Shown: positions 28,268 to 43,679 of the stretch, piece by piece
Layout of the letters: the number at the start of each line of letters is the position of its first letter
Position numbering within the stretch: the stretch's first letter is position 1
Assembly: GCF_009914755.1 (NCBI RefSeq)
Contig: NC_060931.1
Length of the DNA: 64,000 nucleotides
Source of the DNA: the human T2T-CHM13v2.0 reference genome, Homo sapiens
Reading direction: 5' to 3' (one strand)
The notes under the pieces: generated by a model
What the model was told of the DNA's origin: nothing
The model's database searches: none
The model's input: the letters and a program-made list of their open reading frames with translations, nothing else
Translations under genes and position numbers: made by a program

Positions 28268-30679
28268 TCAGACACGGAGGCCATGACACAACCTACTCGT
28301 CCACTCAGGGGTCCAGAACCTCCACCCAGTCACTTTATCCGGGGGTGATGGAGACAGGGGAGGTGCCACCTACGCCAGTGTCATCTCTTACAATGAGCTC
28401 TTCTCCTGCTCGAAACGAGCCAGCCTGCTGAGCTTGCTGCCAGGGCCCGTCGCACTGCCTGCGCTGTGTTTCCCGTCGCACAGCCTGTGATGTGTGTTTC
28501 CCATCACACGGCCTGTGATATGTGTTTCCTATCATGTGTGCACGTGGGTTGTCATGTAGTGTCTGTCACAGGTGTTACCCGTCACGTGTGTTTGCATGTT
28601 GCATGTGCGTGGCCTATCAGGTGTACATATGTGTTGTCTGGCACATGTCAGCATCTGGGCATTCTCCGTGTGCCAGGAGCAGCCAGGTGGCCTGTGAAGC
28701 CTTCTCATGGGAAATGCCCAGATAGAAAGAGCACAGCCAGGAGCCAAGACCCTGAGTGGCCACTCCATGTGCCTGGATCACCTTCAAGTCTGCTCAACAT
28801 TAGAGCCTCTGTTCCTTGGCACCATGGACATTGGAATTGACTCGGAACTGGAAAGAGCTGTAGGCCCACTATCCAGGCACCCGCTCCCCGTTTGCCCAGC
28901 ATCCCAGGGGCCCACAACCTTCCAAATATCACCTTGCCCTCCATTCAGAGGTGAATCATCCGAGCGTCAGGTTGCCCAACTCCGACTGGTTTGCTGGAGG
29001 CTGCCTGTAGGATGTCGCCAGCCACCTCCAGAGAACACTCAGTCCACAGATGCCGAGGGGGAACTGGAAGCACACAGTGCTGGCCTTCACCCAATTTACG
29101 GTGGCACCTTGGGACCGCTTCTGAGTCTGCTTGTCGCTGAAGGTCGGCATGAGGAAGGCAGCGTTCCCTCCCAGATTTAGAAAATGTCAAGTCTCCCGCC
29201 GCACCCTTTTGTGTTTCTTACAGGGCCTGGGGCGCTTGCAGCTGCCACACTAAGGCCTCCAACATGTTCCGTCACACACTCAACAGAGAAGGAACCTATG
29301 GCTCAGATGGGAGACTCCCTATCCAAGGCCACAGAGTCTGGCCCCAGGGACCACTAGAGGCTTCAAGAACCAAACTCACATGAGGGCAGAGAGGAGAGAT
29401 GGGGCCAGTTTAGGGCTGGGAGAATCCATAGAGCGATGCTGAAGCGGGCATGGAGCCTGGAGGTACGGACGAGGGTCTCACCAAAGTCAGGGGTAGAGAG
29501 GCTGTGGGGAGTGAGGAATGGTGTGGGCCGGCCCCGGGCCTGCTGGGGTGCAGCTGGGGGCTCCATGGCCCTCCCACAGCCCCGACTTGTCCTCACCCAA
29601 CCGTTCAGAGCTCTTCATGGCGGGGGTGTCCCTCTCCTCTGGCCACAAGAGGAGCGGGTGGAGGAACGGCACCTTCAGGCCTTGTAGGGGGTCTGCCCCT
29701 CCACCAGCCTGTTTCTCGTGGGCATCGCAGCTGAGGCTGTAGCCGGGAAAGGGTAGTAACCGAGCGTACCTGGCCTCCAACCACCACTTCCAAGGCCCCT
29801 ACTGGGCACAGGGTGACCCCACCGTGGCTCGGAAGTGGACCCTGTCCGACGCGGGGGTGGTCGCTGGAGGGCCGAGGATGCCTACACAGGCCCCTGGAGG
29901 GTGTGCCTCCGGAGTCTGTCTCGCCCTCTGGACCCATGGGGGACCAGCAACGCCGTCACACCCTCCTCTGTCTCTGCCAGCCGCTCCCCCGCTCCCTTCT
30001 CCTGGCTGGGGCTGGCAAAGGCAGGCAGGTATGGGGGGGCGGGGCCTCAGGAGGGAGGAAGGGCTGGTGGGCGGGGCCTACGGACACCTCGCCCCGCCCC
30101 CAGTGGGGCTCCGCACTCCCCACACCCCGCGGTCCCCCTAGGTCAGGGCCTCTCACCACCGCGCCCAGAGGCCAGGCCAGCCGGGCGTGCATCCCAGGGG
30201 CGCTCCGTCCCCCGCGGCCTGGGACTCTCCAGTCAGGACAGTACAAAATCTCTTTATCGCTCATTTTCTGTAAAAAATCGTGGCTCTCGGCGGACCCTGG
30301 AGATAGGAGGTGCAAAGCGCGCTCACACGCGGCCCGGGTCCGCGGCCGAGAGCTGGGGGGATCTGGAGCGGGGCCGGGTCGCAAGAAGACCCTGACCCTG
30401 CTCCGGCGCTGAGGCGCTTGCTAAGGGCCCGCGGGGTATCAGCTGTATTTTCGAACCCCTGTGCTTGGCCGGGGAGTTCCCAAGGCTCCACTCCGCCTTG
30501 GAGGGGGCTGCGGAAGCCCGGAGGTGACCCGGGCTCTGGGAGGGGCGTCCCCAACGTGGGGGAAGGGAGACAGGGGCCTTCGAAGACAGCGCGGGACTCG
30601 GAGGGGGTCCCCCCGACCTAAGACGTGGTAAACTGAGGCCGGCGAGGAGCGAGGCTGAGTCCGGGGACCAGGCGGCCCC

Positions 30680-30991
30680 TCACTGCTCCTCCGGCCCGTC
30701 GCCCCCCTGCGCCTGTTCGTACGGGCAGGGCCGGCGGCCGAGTCCAGCGGGCTCGGGGCCAGGCCTGGGCCCCGGGGGCGGCGCCTCCTCCTCCGCGCCG
30801 TCCCCATGCTCGCCCTCCGCGTCGCTCTCGTCCGAGTTGTCCTCCTCCAAGTAGCGGTCACCGCGCACCTTGTGCTGGGGCCGCGGGATGCGGGGCTGGC
30901 GCGGGGCCACGCCCCGCCGCAGCTTCTGCTCCATCCGCAGGTAGGAGACCGCGGCCGCCACCAGCGTCACCAGCAGCACCGCCAGCTTAGC
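30680..30991 (-). pseudogene. UNC93B2: UNC93B1-like terminal exon, coding part (312 nt), inside a CpG island (~29800-31200)
   Basis: cccag|GCTAAG...TGA; translates AKLAVLLVTLVAAAVSYLRMEQKL...EEDNSDESD...GGDGPEEQ*. Confidence 0.9.
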
Positions 30992-31459
30992 CTGGGCGTA
31001 AGGAGAGGGATGCCAGGGACCCGCGGCCGCCTCGCCCCGCACCTTCTCCGCCTATGCCCCTCGCTGAGATAGGCCCTTCCCTCCTCCGGGAGCCTCCCGG
31101 GCCACGCGGCCCTCAATTTCTCCAGCCCCTCCACCCACGTTTCCTGGACCGCCTCCTGCAGGCGAGGCTCACATCCAGCACTGTCCCTTACAGTCGCCAT
31201 GCCCCTGGCGACCTCAGTGTCCCACGCTGTAAGGGGACAATGCAAATCCCTTTGCCTCTTAGGGTGCATGCGCCAGTGTTGATAAAGTGCTGGCCACAGG
31301 CCCTGCCTTCCCAGGGCTCACAACACTGTGTCCCTGACACACCCGTGGGCTGTAGTGATGCTTTTCATGGGGTTTTGACTATAACCCGCAGTCAGGAATG
31401 ATTTCACACCATAGCTCAGTACACACACACATATCTGTATGCATACTTCCTGCTCTTTT

Positions 31460-32430
<971 letters not shown>

Positions 32431-32817
32431 TTTAGTTCTATTTTTAAAAAATGTTTAGCAACTGGGACTTCCTAGACCGAGCCACCATCTTTTGGGAGCA
32501 GAGCATGAGGAGCCTGCTCCCCTTCAGGCCATGAAGGGAGACAGACCCAACATCTGGAGAACAGGGTACCAAACAACCCACAGGATGGCTGTGATGCACC
32601 CACAAATCCCCTCAGAGATGGGCAAACTGAGACTGGCTGGAGGTGGGCCAGTAAGTGGGGTGCTGAGTTGGGGGCCACCCAGTGGGCTGCAGGAATGGGG
32701 CCTTGGCCCAGAGACTGGCTAGGGAAGGGGTGGCGTTTAGGAAGCTGTGAAGCCAGGGCAGGGGCTAAGGAAGTACCTGTCATTGGGCATGGGGCCCCCA
32801 ACCCTGCCCAGTCTCAC

Positions 32818-32936
32818 CTTCATGTGCAGGCTGGAGCCCAGGTACACGGTGAAGATGGCCACAGCCTGCCACCAGTGGTAGATGGTGAAGATGAAGTCCT
32901 GTCTCTCCTTGTCTTCGTACAAGATTCCCAGGAGTG
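32818..32936 (-). pseudogene. UNC93B2: UNC93B1-like exon 10 (119 nt)
   Basis: ttgcag|CACTCC...ATGAAG|gtgaga; translates LLGILYEDKERQDFIFTIYHWWQAVAIFTVYLGSSLHMK. Confidence 0.9.
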
Positions 32937-34755
32937 CTGCAAGCAGGCAGTACAGGGCAGGCAGGGGAGAGGTGTCACCTGGGGCCTGGGGCTGCCGAGC
33001 TACCATCTATGAACTTTACTAAGCCCTGTATGTGTCCCAGCCCGGGACCAGAAAGCGCCTAGAAAGTGCTGTGAGCCGGTCCTGGCCTGCCCCCTGGTGG
33101 AGACCCTGGTCACCACACTGCTCACACGCTAAGCAGAAGTAGGAGCAGGTTCGCCAGGCTGTGTGGATGCAGGTGGTCCCGCTCCACACCACATGCGTGG
33201 CCTCAAAAGAAGAAAGCTCTGTGCTTAGTCATGTTCTGTCCCCAACCCCAGGTGTGCAGTGCCAAGCTTGCAGGCGCTGTTTCTCCTCCTCAGCCGGGAC
33301 TAGAGAGATCCAACTGTTTGCAGCTGCCAACTCTGCAAATCAAACCTGAAGCTAAGCATGGAGAGGGGGGCTTCCTTTCCGGTGAGTCCTCCCAGGGTGG
33401 GCAACAAGAGTAATGGATTGGGAGTCAGAAGATGCACACTCGTTCTCAGGACTGTAACGTTGGTTCTGTGGGTGATTTGGGTACTGAACTCCCCAGAGCT
33501 GCTTTTCCCAATGGTGAGATGAGCCTATGCCTATAGTGTGCTGTGTTCTGAAGTTCTAAAGTGAGAAAGTGGGCATGGCACCTGCCAAATCATAGGGGCC
33601 ACTATTAACACCTTCACCAGGCACTCAGGACATGAACACTCCTGTCTTGGGGCCCTGCAGGGTGACTTTACCCCCACAGTGCTGCTATGAAGAGACAAGG
33701 ATCCCCCAGGGTTCACCTGTGGAGATGGGATATGGAGCTGGGCAGAGGGGATGCCATGACCAGACAGGGCACAACATGGGTCCAAGATACCCAGGTTGGA
33801 CTCGGCCCAGAATTGGCTATCCTTGGGCAAAACGGCCAAGAGACTGTGGTGCAGTATGAGGCTCCAGCCCCTGCTACAGACAGAGACACCGAGCCAGCCT
33901 CTGCCCTGCCAGCAGCAGGCATGACCTCTGCCACTCCACACCCCCAAGGATGACATTCAAAACTGTTCACAGCTTCGGCCCATCAGAACAGACACTGACA
34001 TGGATGCCCCGCAGGACTGTGCCCGTGTGTGCTAGTTGTGTGTCACTGCGTGTGCCCATCTGTGGGCAGGGAGCATCCTGGAGCTGAACATGGGCCCACC
34101 CACTGCCTTCTGCAAACAGGGCCCTGTTCCCCACCAGCCCAGACCTGGGGCCTGGACTGTGGTACTGAGCAGACTGGGTTGGGGCTGCAGGCCTGCTCCT
34201 CTCTATACAAAGGCCCATGTCTGTATCTATGCTGTGGATGTACAACAGGCCACTTGCTCCTACCACATGCTCCGTGAGGCAGAGACCAAAACATCTGCTC
34301 CAAGTGTCACGAAAACAATGTCAGGGTAAGCCCTGTCCCCTGGTATGAAAAGGGAGAATCCCTGATGTGTTTTTCACACTGTCCGTAAGGGGTGTCCACA
34401 GAGCCCCACACCTGCCCCGTGTAGCCACGAGATTTCACACTGACCCTCCAGTGTTGATGGGGCCCTGTGCCCGCCCTGGGGTGTTAACGGAATGTCCATG
34501 GCGTGGAACCCCAACACCTGTCTCCAGAGTGTCCACGCCCTACCCATCTGTCCCAGTGTGTCCATGAGACTTCCCTTCCAGCCCCGGAGTGTCCACAGGA
34601 AGCCCCACCTGCCTCTGCCATGTCCACAGGACCCTATGTGACCATGGGACCCCATATCTGTCCCTGCGATGTCTATGTCTAGCCAACCACCCACAGATAG
34701 CCATAAAGCCACCTGCCCTGCCCCCCCCCCCCCCAGTGCCCACAGCTATACTCAC

Positions 34756-35029
34756 TGCTGAGTCCAGTCTTGTTCAGGGCGCTGCCCACACCCCAAAGGG
34801 CGGCTGCCACACAGAGGATCCAGCTGTGTTGCAGGACCTGAGGCACAGGGGCCCAGAAAAGGAGGATGAAGGTGAGCAGCAGGTGCACCCCTTCTCCAGC
34901 CACGAGGGGCACCGGGTGTGGCAGCCACAGGCCCAGCAGAACCAGGAGTGAGGCGGCTGAGGCGCCCAGGCTGTAAGCCACGAGGAGGTAAGCCAGCCAC
35001 TCCAGCCCCACCGAGCACACACCATAACC
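34756..35029 (-). pseudogene. UNC93B2: UNC93B1-like exon 9 (274 nt)
   Basis: ccccgcag|GGTTATGGT...CTCAGCA|gtgagt; translates GYGVCSVGLEWLAYLLVAYSLG...GVHLLL...SALNKTGLS with no stop. Confidence 0.9.
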
Positions 35030-35091
35030 CTGCGGGGGACAAGGGGTGAGTGTTGAAGTCTGGAACAGCCCAGACCCCAGTCTCAGCCCTC

Positions 35092-35170
35092 CCTGCATCG
35101 CGGGGGGTGCCTCACCCCCCTGCGATGGGGGTCCTAAGAGCCAGGGGGGGAAGAGGGGCTGGCTCTTACT
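35092..35170. repeat. Single GC-rich satellite-variant unit at the UNC93B 5' truncation point
   Basis: gcatcgcggggggtgcctcacccccctgcgatgggggtcctaagagccaggggggg, near-identical to 25474-25535 and 51547-51600. Confidence 0.85.
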
Positions 35171-35432
35171 ATTCCTGATGGAATAGTTTAGAGGGACTCA
35201 TTCCCTGCTATCGTGGGTGAGATGTCTATGAAAAGGACAACCAGTGGGGGAGGGTAGCAAAATTTTGAATAAGATTTCTGAGACCCCCAGCACAACCAGG
35301 AACAGAAACTCCACACTCTGCTGAGCGGATAGTTTGCACATTGGTCTCCTCCCATCTGCCCATCTCACTCTCCTGTTTGTCCTGAGGAGGAGGAAACAAA
35401 ACAAGGCTCCCGACCGTCCCTCAGCACTCACT

Positions 35433-36448
35433 TGAAAGGGTGGCCCGTCCCTCCACACCTGTGGGTATTTCTAGTCGGGTGGGATGAGACACTGAGAAAA
35501 GAAATAAGACACAGAGACAAAGTATGGAGAAACAACAGTGGGCCTAGCGGACCGGCGCTCAGCATACCAAGGACCTGCACTGGCACAGGCCTCTGAGTTC
35601 CCTCTGTTTTTATTGATTATTATTTTTATTATTTTAGCAAAAAGGAATGTAGTAGGAGGGCAGGGTGATAATAAGGAGAAGGTCAGCAACGAACATGTGA
35701 ACAATAGAATCTATGTCATAATGAAGTTCAAGGGAAGGTACTATGACTGGACGTGTACGTAAGCCAGATTGATGTTTCTCTCCACCCAAACATCTCAGTG
35801 CAGTAAAGAGTAACAAGGCAGCATTGCTGCAAATATGTCTCACCTCCCACCATAGGGCGGTTTTTCCCCCATCTCAGAATTGAACAAATGTACAATCGGG
35901 TTTTATACCGAGACATTCAGTTCCCAGGGTCAGGCAGGAGACAGCGGCCTTCCTCTCCCTCAACTGCAAGAGGCTTCCCTCTTTGACTAATCCACCTCAG
36001 CACAGACCCTTTACTGGTGTTGGGCTCGGGGACGGTCAGGTCTTTCTCCTCCCATGAGGCCACTTTTCAGACTATCACATGGGGAGAAACCTTGGACAAT
36101 ATGCCGCTTTCAAGGGCAGGGCTCCCTGCGGCTTTCCACAGTGTATTGTGCCCCTGGTTTATTGAGACTAGAGAATGGCGGTGACTTTTACCAAGTATAC
36201 TGCTTGGAAACATCTTGTTAACAAGACACGTCCTGCACAGCCCTAGATCCCTTAAACCTTGATTTCATACAACACATGTTTTTGTGAGCTTCAGGTTGGG
36301 TCAAAGTGGCTGGGGCAAAGCTACACATTAACAACATTTCAGCAAAGCAATTGTTGAAAGTACAGGTCTTTCTCAAAATGGAGTCTCTTATGTCTTTCCT
36401 TTCTACATAGACACAGTAAGAGTCTGATCTCTCTTTCTTTTCCCTACA
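35433..36448 (-). mobile_element. HERV-K(HML-2) solo LTR, LTR5A-like (1016 bp), copy 1
   Basis: Minus strand starts TGTAGGGAAAAGAAAGAGAGATCAGAC and ends ACCCACAGGTGTGGAGGG...CCCTTTCA; 6-bp TSD ctcact at 35427-35432 and 36449-36454. Confidence 0.93.
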
Positions 36449-36453
36449 CTCAC

Positions 36454-36552
36454 TGAACTGCCCTTCCCCTCTGCTGGGCCATGACCACGGAGAACAGGTC
36501 CACTGTCCTCCCTGTGTGGTGCACCATGGAGGCTCAGACTCCGTCCTCAAGG
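36454..36552 (-). other. Candidate 99-nt non-coding exon (probable OR7E 5'-UTR exon); paralogue at ~59593-59691
   Basis: Pyrimidine tract and acceptor tcaccctgtcttcttgccag|CCTTGAGG, donor GTTCA|gtgagt. In the intact module it lies ~4 kb upstream of the OR coding exon. Confidence 0.45.
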
Positions 36553-37068
36553 CTGGCAAGAAGACAGGGTGAGACGTGAGCCTCCTGATACAGGTGACGG
36601 GAGTGGAGCCCACAGGACTGGAACCTCACACTGCAGGGCTGGAGTCACAGACTATTTACTATTCTGTGGCCTCGGGGGCTCAAGGCACAGAGCTCCTTAT
36701 TAGCCAAAGCCACCGAAGTTCCCCAAGCTCTAAGGATTCCTCATCATCATGCAAGAAGAAGAAGAGAAAAGTGAGTGTCCATAGAAGTTTTGGGGCTCTT
36801 CCTCTAATCAGGAGAAAGCTGGTGTGTATTCTTCGCTTCTTTCTTTTCTTTTTAGACATCCAACTGCTTTAATTTTCATCTTTTATTATGGGAAAATATA
36901 CCAAGTATAAATATTAAAAATTATAAATATATATTAGTTCATATAGAATGGCCAGTATAAACATTTACAGTTTCCACGCTTTTTCAGTTTACAGTTTCAT
37001 GACATTAAGTACGTTCAGATTGTTTAGCAAGCATCACCGTCATCGTCTCCAGAACAGTTTTATCTTTC

Positions 37069-37527
37069 TTTTTTATTTTTTATTATTTATTTATTTTTTA
37101 ATTATACTTTAAGTTTTAGGATACATGTGCCCATTGTGCAGGTTAGTTACATATGTGTACATGTGCCATGCTGGTGCACTGCACCCACTAACTCGTCATC
37201 TAGCATTAGGTATATCTCCCAGTGCTATCCCTCCCCCCTCCCCCCACCCCACAACAGTCCCCAGAGTGTGATATTCCGCTTCCTGTGTCCGTATTATTCA
37301 CAATAGCAAAGACTTGGAACCAACCCAAATGTCCAACAATGATAGACTGGATTAAGAAAATGTGGCACATATACACCATGGAATACTATGCAGCCATAAA
37401 AAATGATGAGTTCATGTCCTTTGTAGGGACATGGATGAAATTGGAAAACATCATTCTCAGTAAACTATCGCAAGAACAAAAAACCAAACACCGCATATTC
37501 TCACTCATAGGTGGGAACTGAACAATG
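37069..37527 (-). mobile_element. 5'-truncated, 5'-inverted (twin-primed) young L1 (L1PA2-like)
   Basis: 37069-37290 is the L1 3' UTR and tail on minus; 37291-37527 is the adjacent ORF2 end on plus (WNQPKCPTMIDWIKKMWHIYTMEYY...). TSD agttttatctttc at 37056-37068 and 37528-37540. Confidence 0.92.
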
Positions 37528-37528
37528 A

Positions 37529-41064
<3,536 letters not shown>

Positions 41065-41829
41065 TCATATTACAATTAATTTCTTTTCTTACTCATTGGA
41101 GCTTGATGCCTCTAAAAACTTTGTCATTGGAACCACCTCTTGTGCTTTAAAAGAAAAAAAAGAAATCCACATACTCACACAGGTGCAAGGAAATCAGAAT
41201 CTCAGGTATTGAGACCCAGGCCTCATCATTTGTAAGCTCCCCAGGTGAGTTGACTCAAAGCCAAGACTGAGGAACGGCGACATGGATCTCTACACACAAC
41301 TTTCCTAAATAGATTCTCTAGAAGCAGTTTATAAAGAAATTCCACATGAACTGTGGAAGAGAATATGAATTTGATGTACAGTATGTCCTCACGTAACATC
41401 TTTGAAAGTCTCTTGGAAACTTCACCTTGAAGCAAAATGATGTACAGTGAAACCACTTATTCCTAATCCACAATATAACTAGACAACTTTGAACACACCA
41501 GTGGTGTTGGAGGACCTCCTGTACATTGTTTCCATAAAGTCAGTTTTCAGGGAATTCCAAAACGAAGTGAGGACTTCGTGTATATAAAAAGATGGTTGTG
41601 ATTCCACCTGGATGACAGGGTTATTGCTCAGAAACTAAAAGAGGCCGCCTAGGTATAGAGGATTCTGTCGTGAGGTTTCTGCTAAACAAAGGATCCCAGA
41701 ATCCTCACCCATTCCAGTGAAAGGCATAACGAAGAAAGCAATATTCACAAAGGAAATGCGGAAAGGAATAAAAGCCATCAAGCCACAAAAAGAATGTGAC
41801 TAAGGGGCAGGATTTGCAGATGTTGAGAT

Positions 41830-42835
41830 TTAATGTGGTTGCCCTTTCTAACCCACACAAGAAAAAGGATGGAACAGATCATGAGATTCGACTGTTCTGC
41901 TGAGCAGCCTCCGCAGGGCGCTTTGAATGTCCCTGTTTCTCAGGCTGTAGATGAAAGGGTTCAGCATGGGGTGACCACAGCGTACATCGCTGACGCCACC
42001 ACACCATTCCTGGGGGGTGGTGCCACAGCTGAAGTCAGGTACACGCCAATGCCTGTTCCATCAAATCAGCAAACAACTGCTAGGTGAGAGCCGCAGGTGG
42101 CGAAGGCTTTATACTTCCCATCTGACGATGACATCCTTAGAATGGAGGGGACGATTTTATAGTAAGACAAAAGGATCCCTGAAATGGGAAGAAAACCAAA
42201 CATAGTACTATCGAAATATATGAATATGCTATTGATGACGCTGTCAGAACAGGCAAGTTTGAGAAATTGAGAGGGGTCACAGACAAAATTAGAGATTTCC
42301 ACATTCTTGATGATGGTGAATTGTAACACAATCCAACTGTGCAGCTGGGAATCCAACAGGCTAAGGAAAAAGGACACCAAAATGAAGAAGACACAGAGGT
42401 GAAGATTCACGATGACTGGGTAGTGCAGAGGGCGACAGATGGCTACAAAGCAGTCATAGGCCATCGCACTCAGCAGCATGCCTTCTATACATGCAAAAAG
42501 GACCAAGAAAGACATCTGTGTCAGGCAGCCCGCATGAGAGATGACTCTGCTATGCGACTGCATGTCCACAATCATCTTGGGAACCGTGGCCGAGGTGAAA
42601 CCGATGTCAGCCCAGCACAGCTTGGAGACGAAGAAGTACATGGGGGTGTGGAGGGGGGAGTCAGAGCTGAAGCCAGGATGCTGAGCAGGTTCCTCAGCAC
42701 TGTGACCAGATACATGGACAGGGACAGGGACAGCAAAGCGAGGACCGGCTGCAGTTCTGGATCCTCTGAGAGTCCCAGGAGGAGGAATTCTCAGACACCT
42801 GTGAGATTCCGTGGCTCTGTGTGTCTTGGACACCT
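41830..42835 (-). pseudogene. OR7E136P: OR7E-subfamily olfactory receptor pseudogene, copy 2 (type B)
   Basis: [38 protein letters not shown] (TGA at 42066-42068), LNPFIYSLRNRD; frameshift near 42670-42690. The specific number is from recall, unverified. Confidence 0.88.
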
Positions 42836-43679
42836 TGAGAAGGAAAAAGGATTGGAAAAGTAAAAGATAAAATCCAGCCCTTAATGCTGGATGCAAGCAA
42901 TTCACAAGGAACATCTTCACACTTGCGGACCATACACCGCCAGCAATGTTTCTCAGTTGTGTCAATTCCAAAAATCTCAGAATTATTACGTGATTTACTT
43001 TTTTGCTATACAAGGCTTTCTGTACATACGACTTTAGAGAAAATCCACTGAAGAATATTAGAAGACCAAAACGTCATATATAACAAATCCGTGATATCCG
43101 TAAAATACGGCCTACTCTTTTCAGAAAAAATACAATGCAATGACAATGTCCTTCTCTCTTTAACAAAAACGTCTCAGTCTAATTGAAAGAAATTAAGAAG
43201 CCATGAAATACAATCGACTTTATTCTGACACCGTGCTACAACTTCCATTGATGTAGAATATGTAAAAGAACGACACAAGAGCTAGGACCCCATTATCTGA
43301 AAACGACGTCGAACCTTATAGTTCTCAATCGGAAGACCTTTTCACATGCCTGTTACTTTTCATATTATCATCCTTCGGTTTTCTGACATCATTTCTTCAT
43401 AAAAGTACATGCACACTCAAAGATAGGAGCTGTGTTTCCAAATGAATTGAATCTATAACTCTTGGCCCAGCACCATGGCTCACACCTGTAATCCCAGCAT
43501 TTTGGGCGGCCGAGGCTGATGGATCACCTGAGGTCAGGATTTCCAGACCAGCCTGGCCAACGTGGTGAGACCCCGTCTCCAGTGAAAATAAAAAAAAATC
43601 AGCCGGGCGTGGTGGCAGGTAACCCTAAATACTCGGGAGGCTGAAGCAGGAGAATCCCTTAGAACCTGGAAGGCAGACA

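Noticed and set aside
29363-30621. Overlapping 75-200 aa Pro/Gly/Arg-rich ORFs
   Set aside because: Stop-codon depletion in GC-rich UNC93B 3' UTR and flank; no recognisable domain.
42066-43013. 315-aa ORF of olfactory-receptor length
   Set aside because: The first ~115 aa are out of frame (frameshift before LHTPMY) and the ORF stops in TM6; it is a pseudogene.
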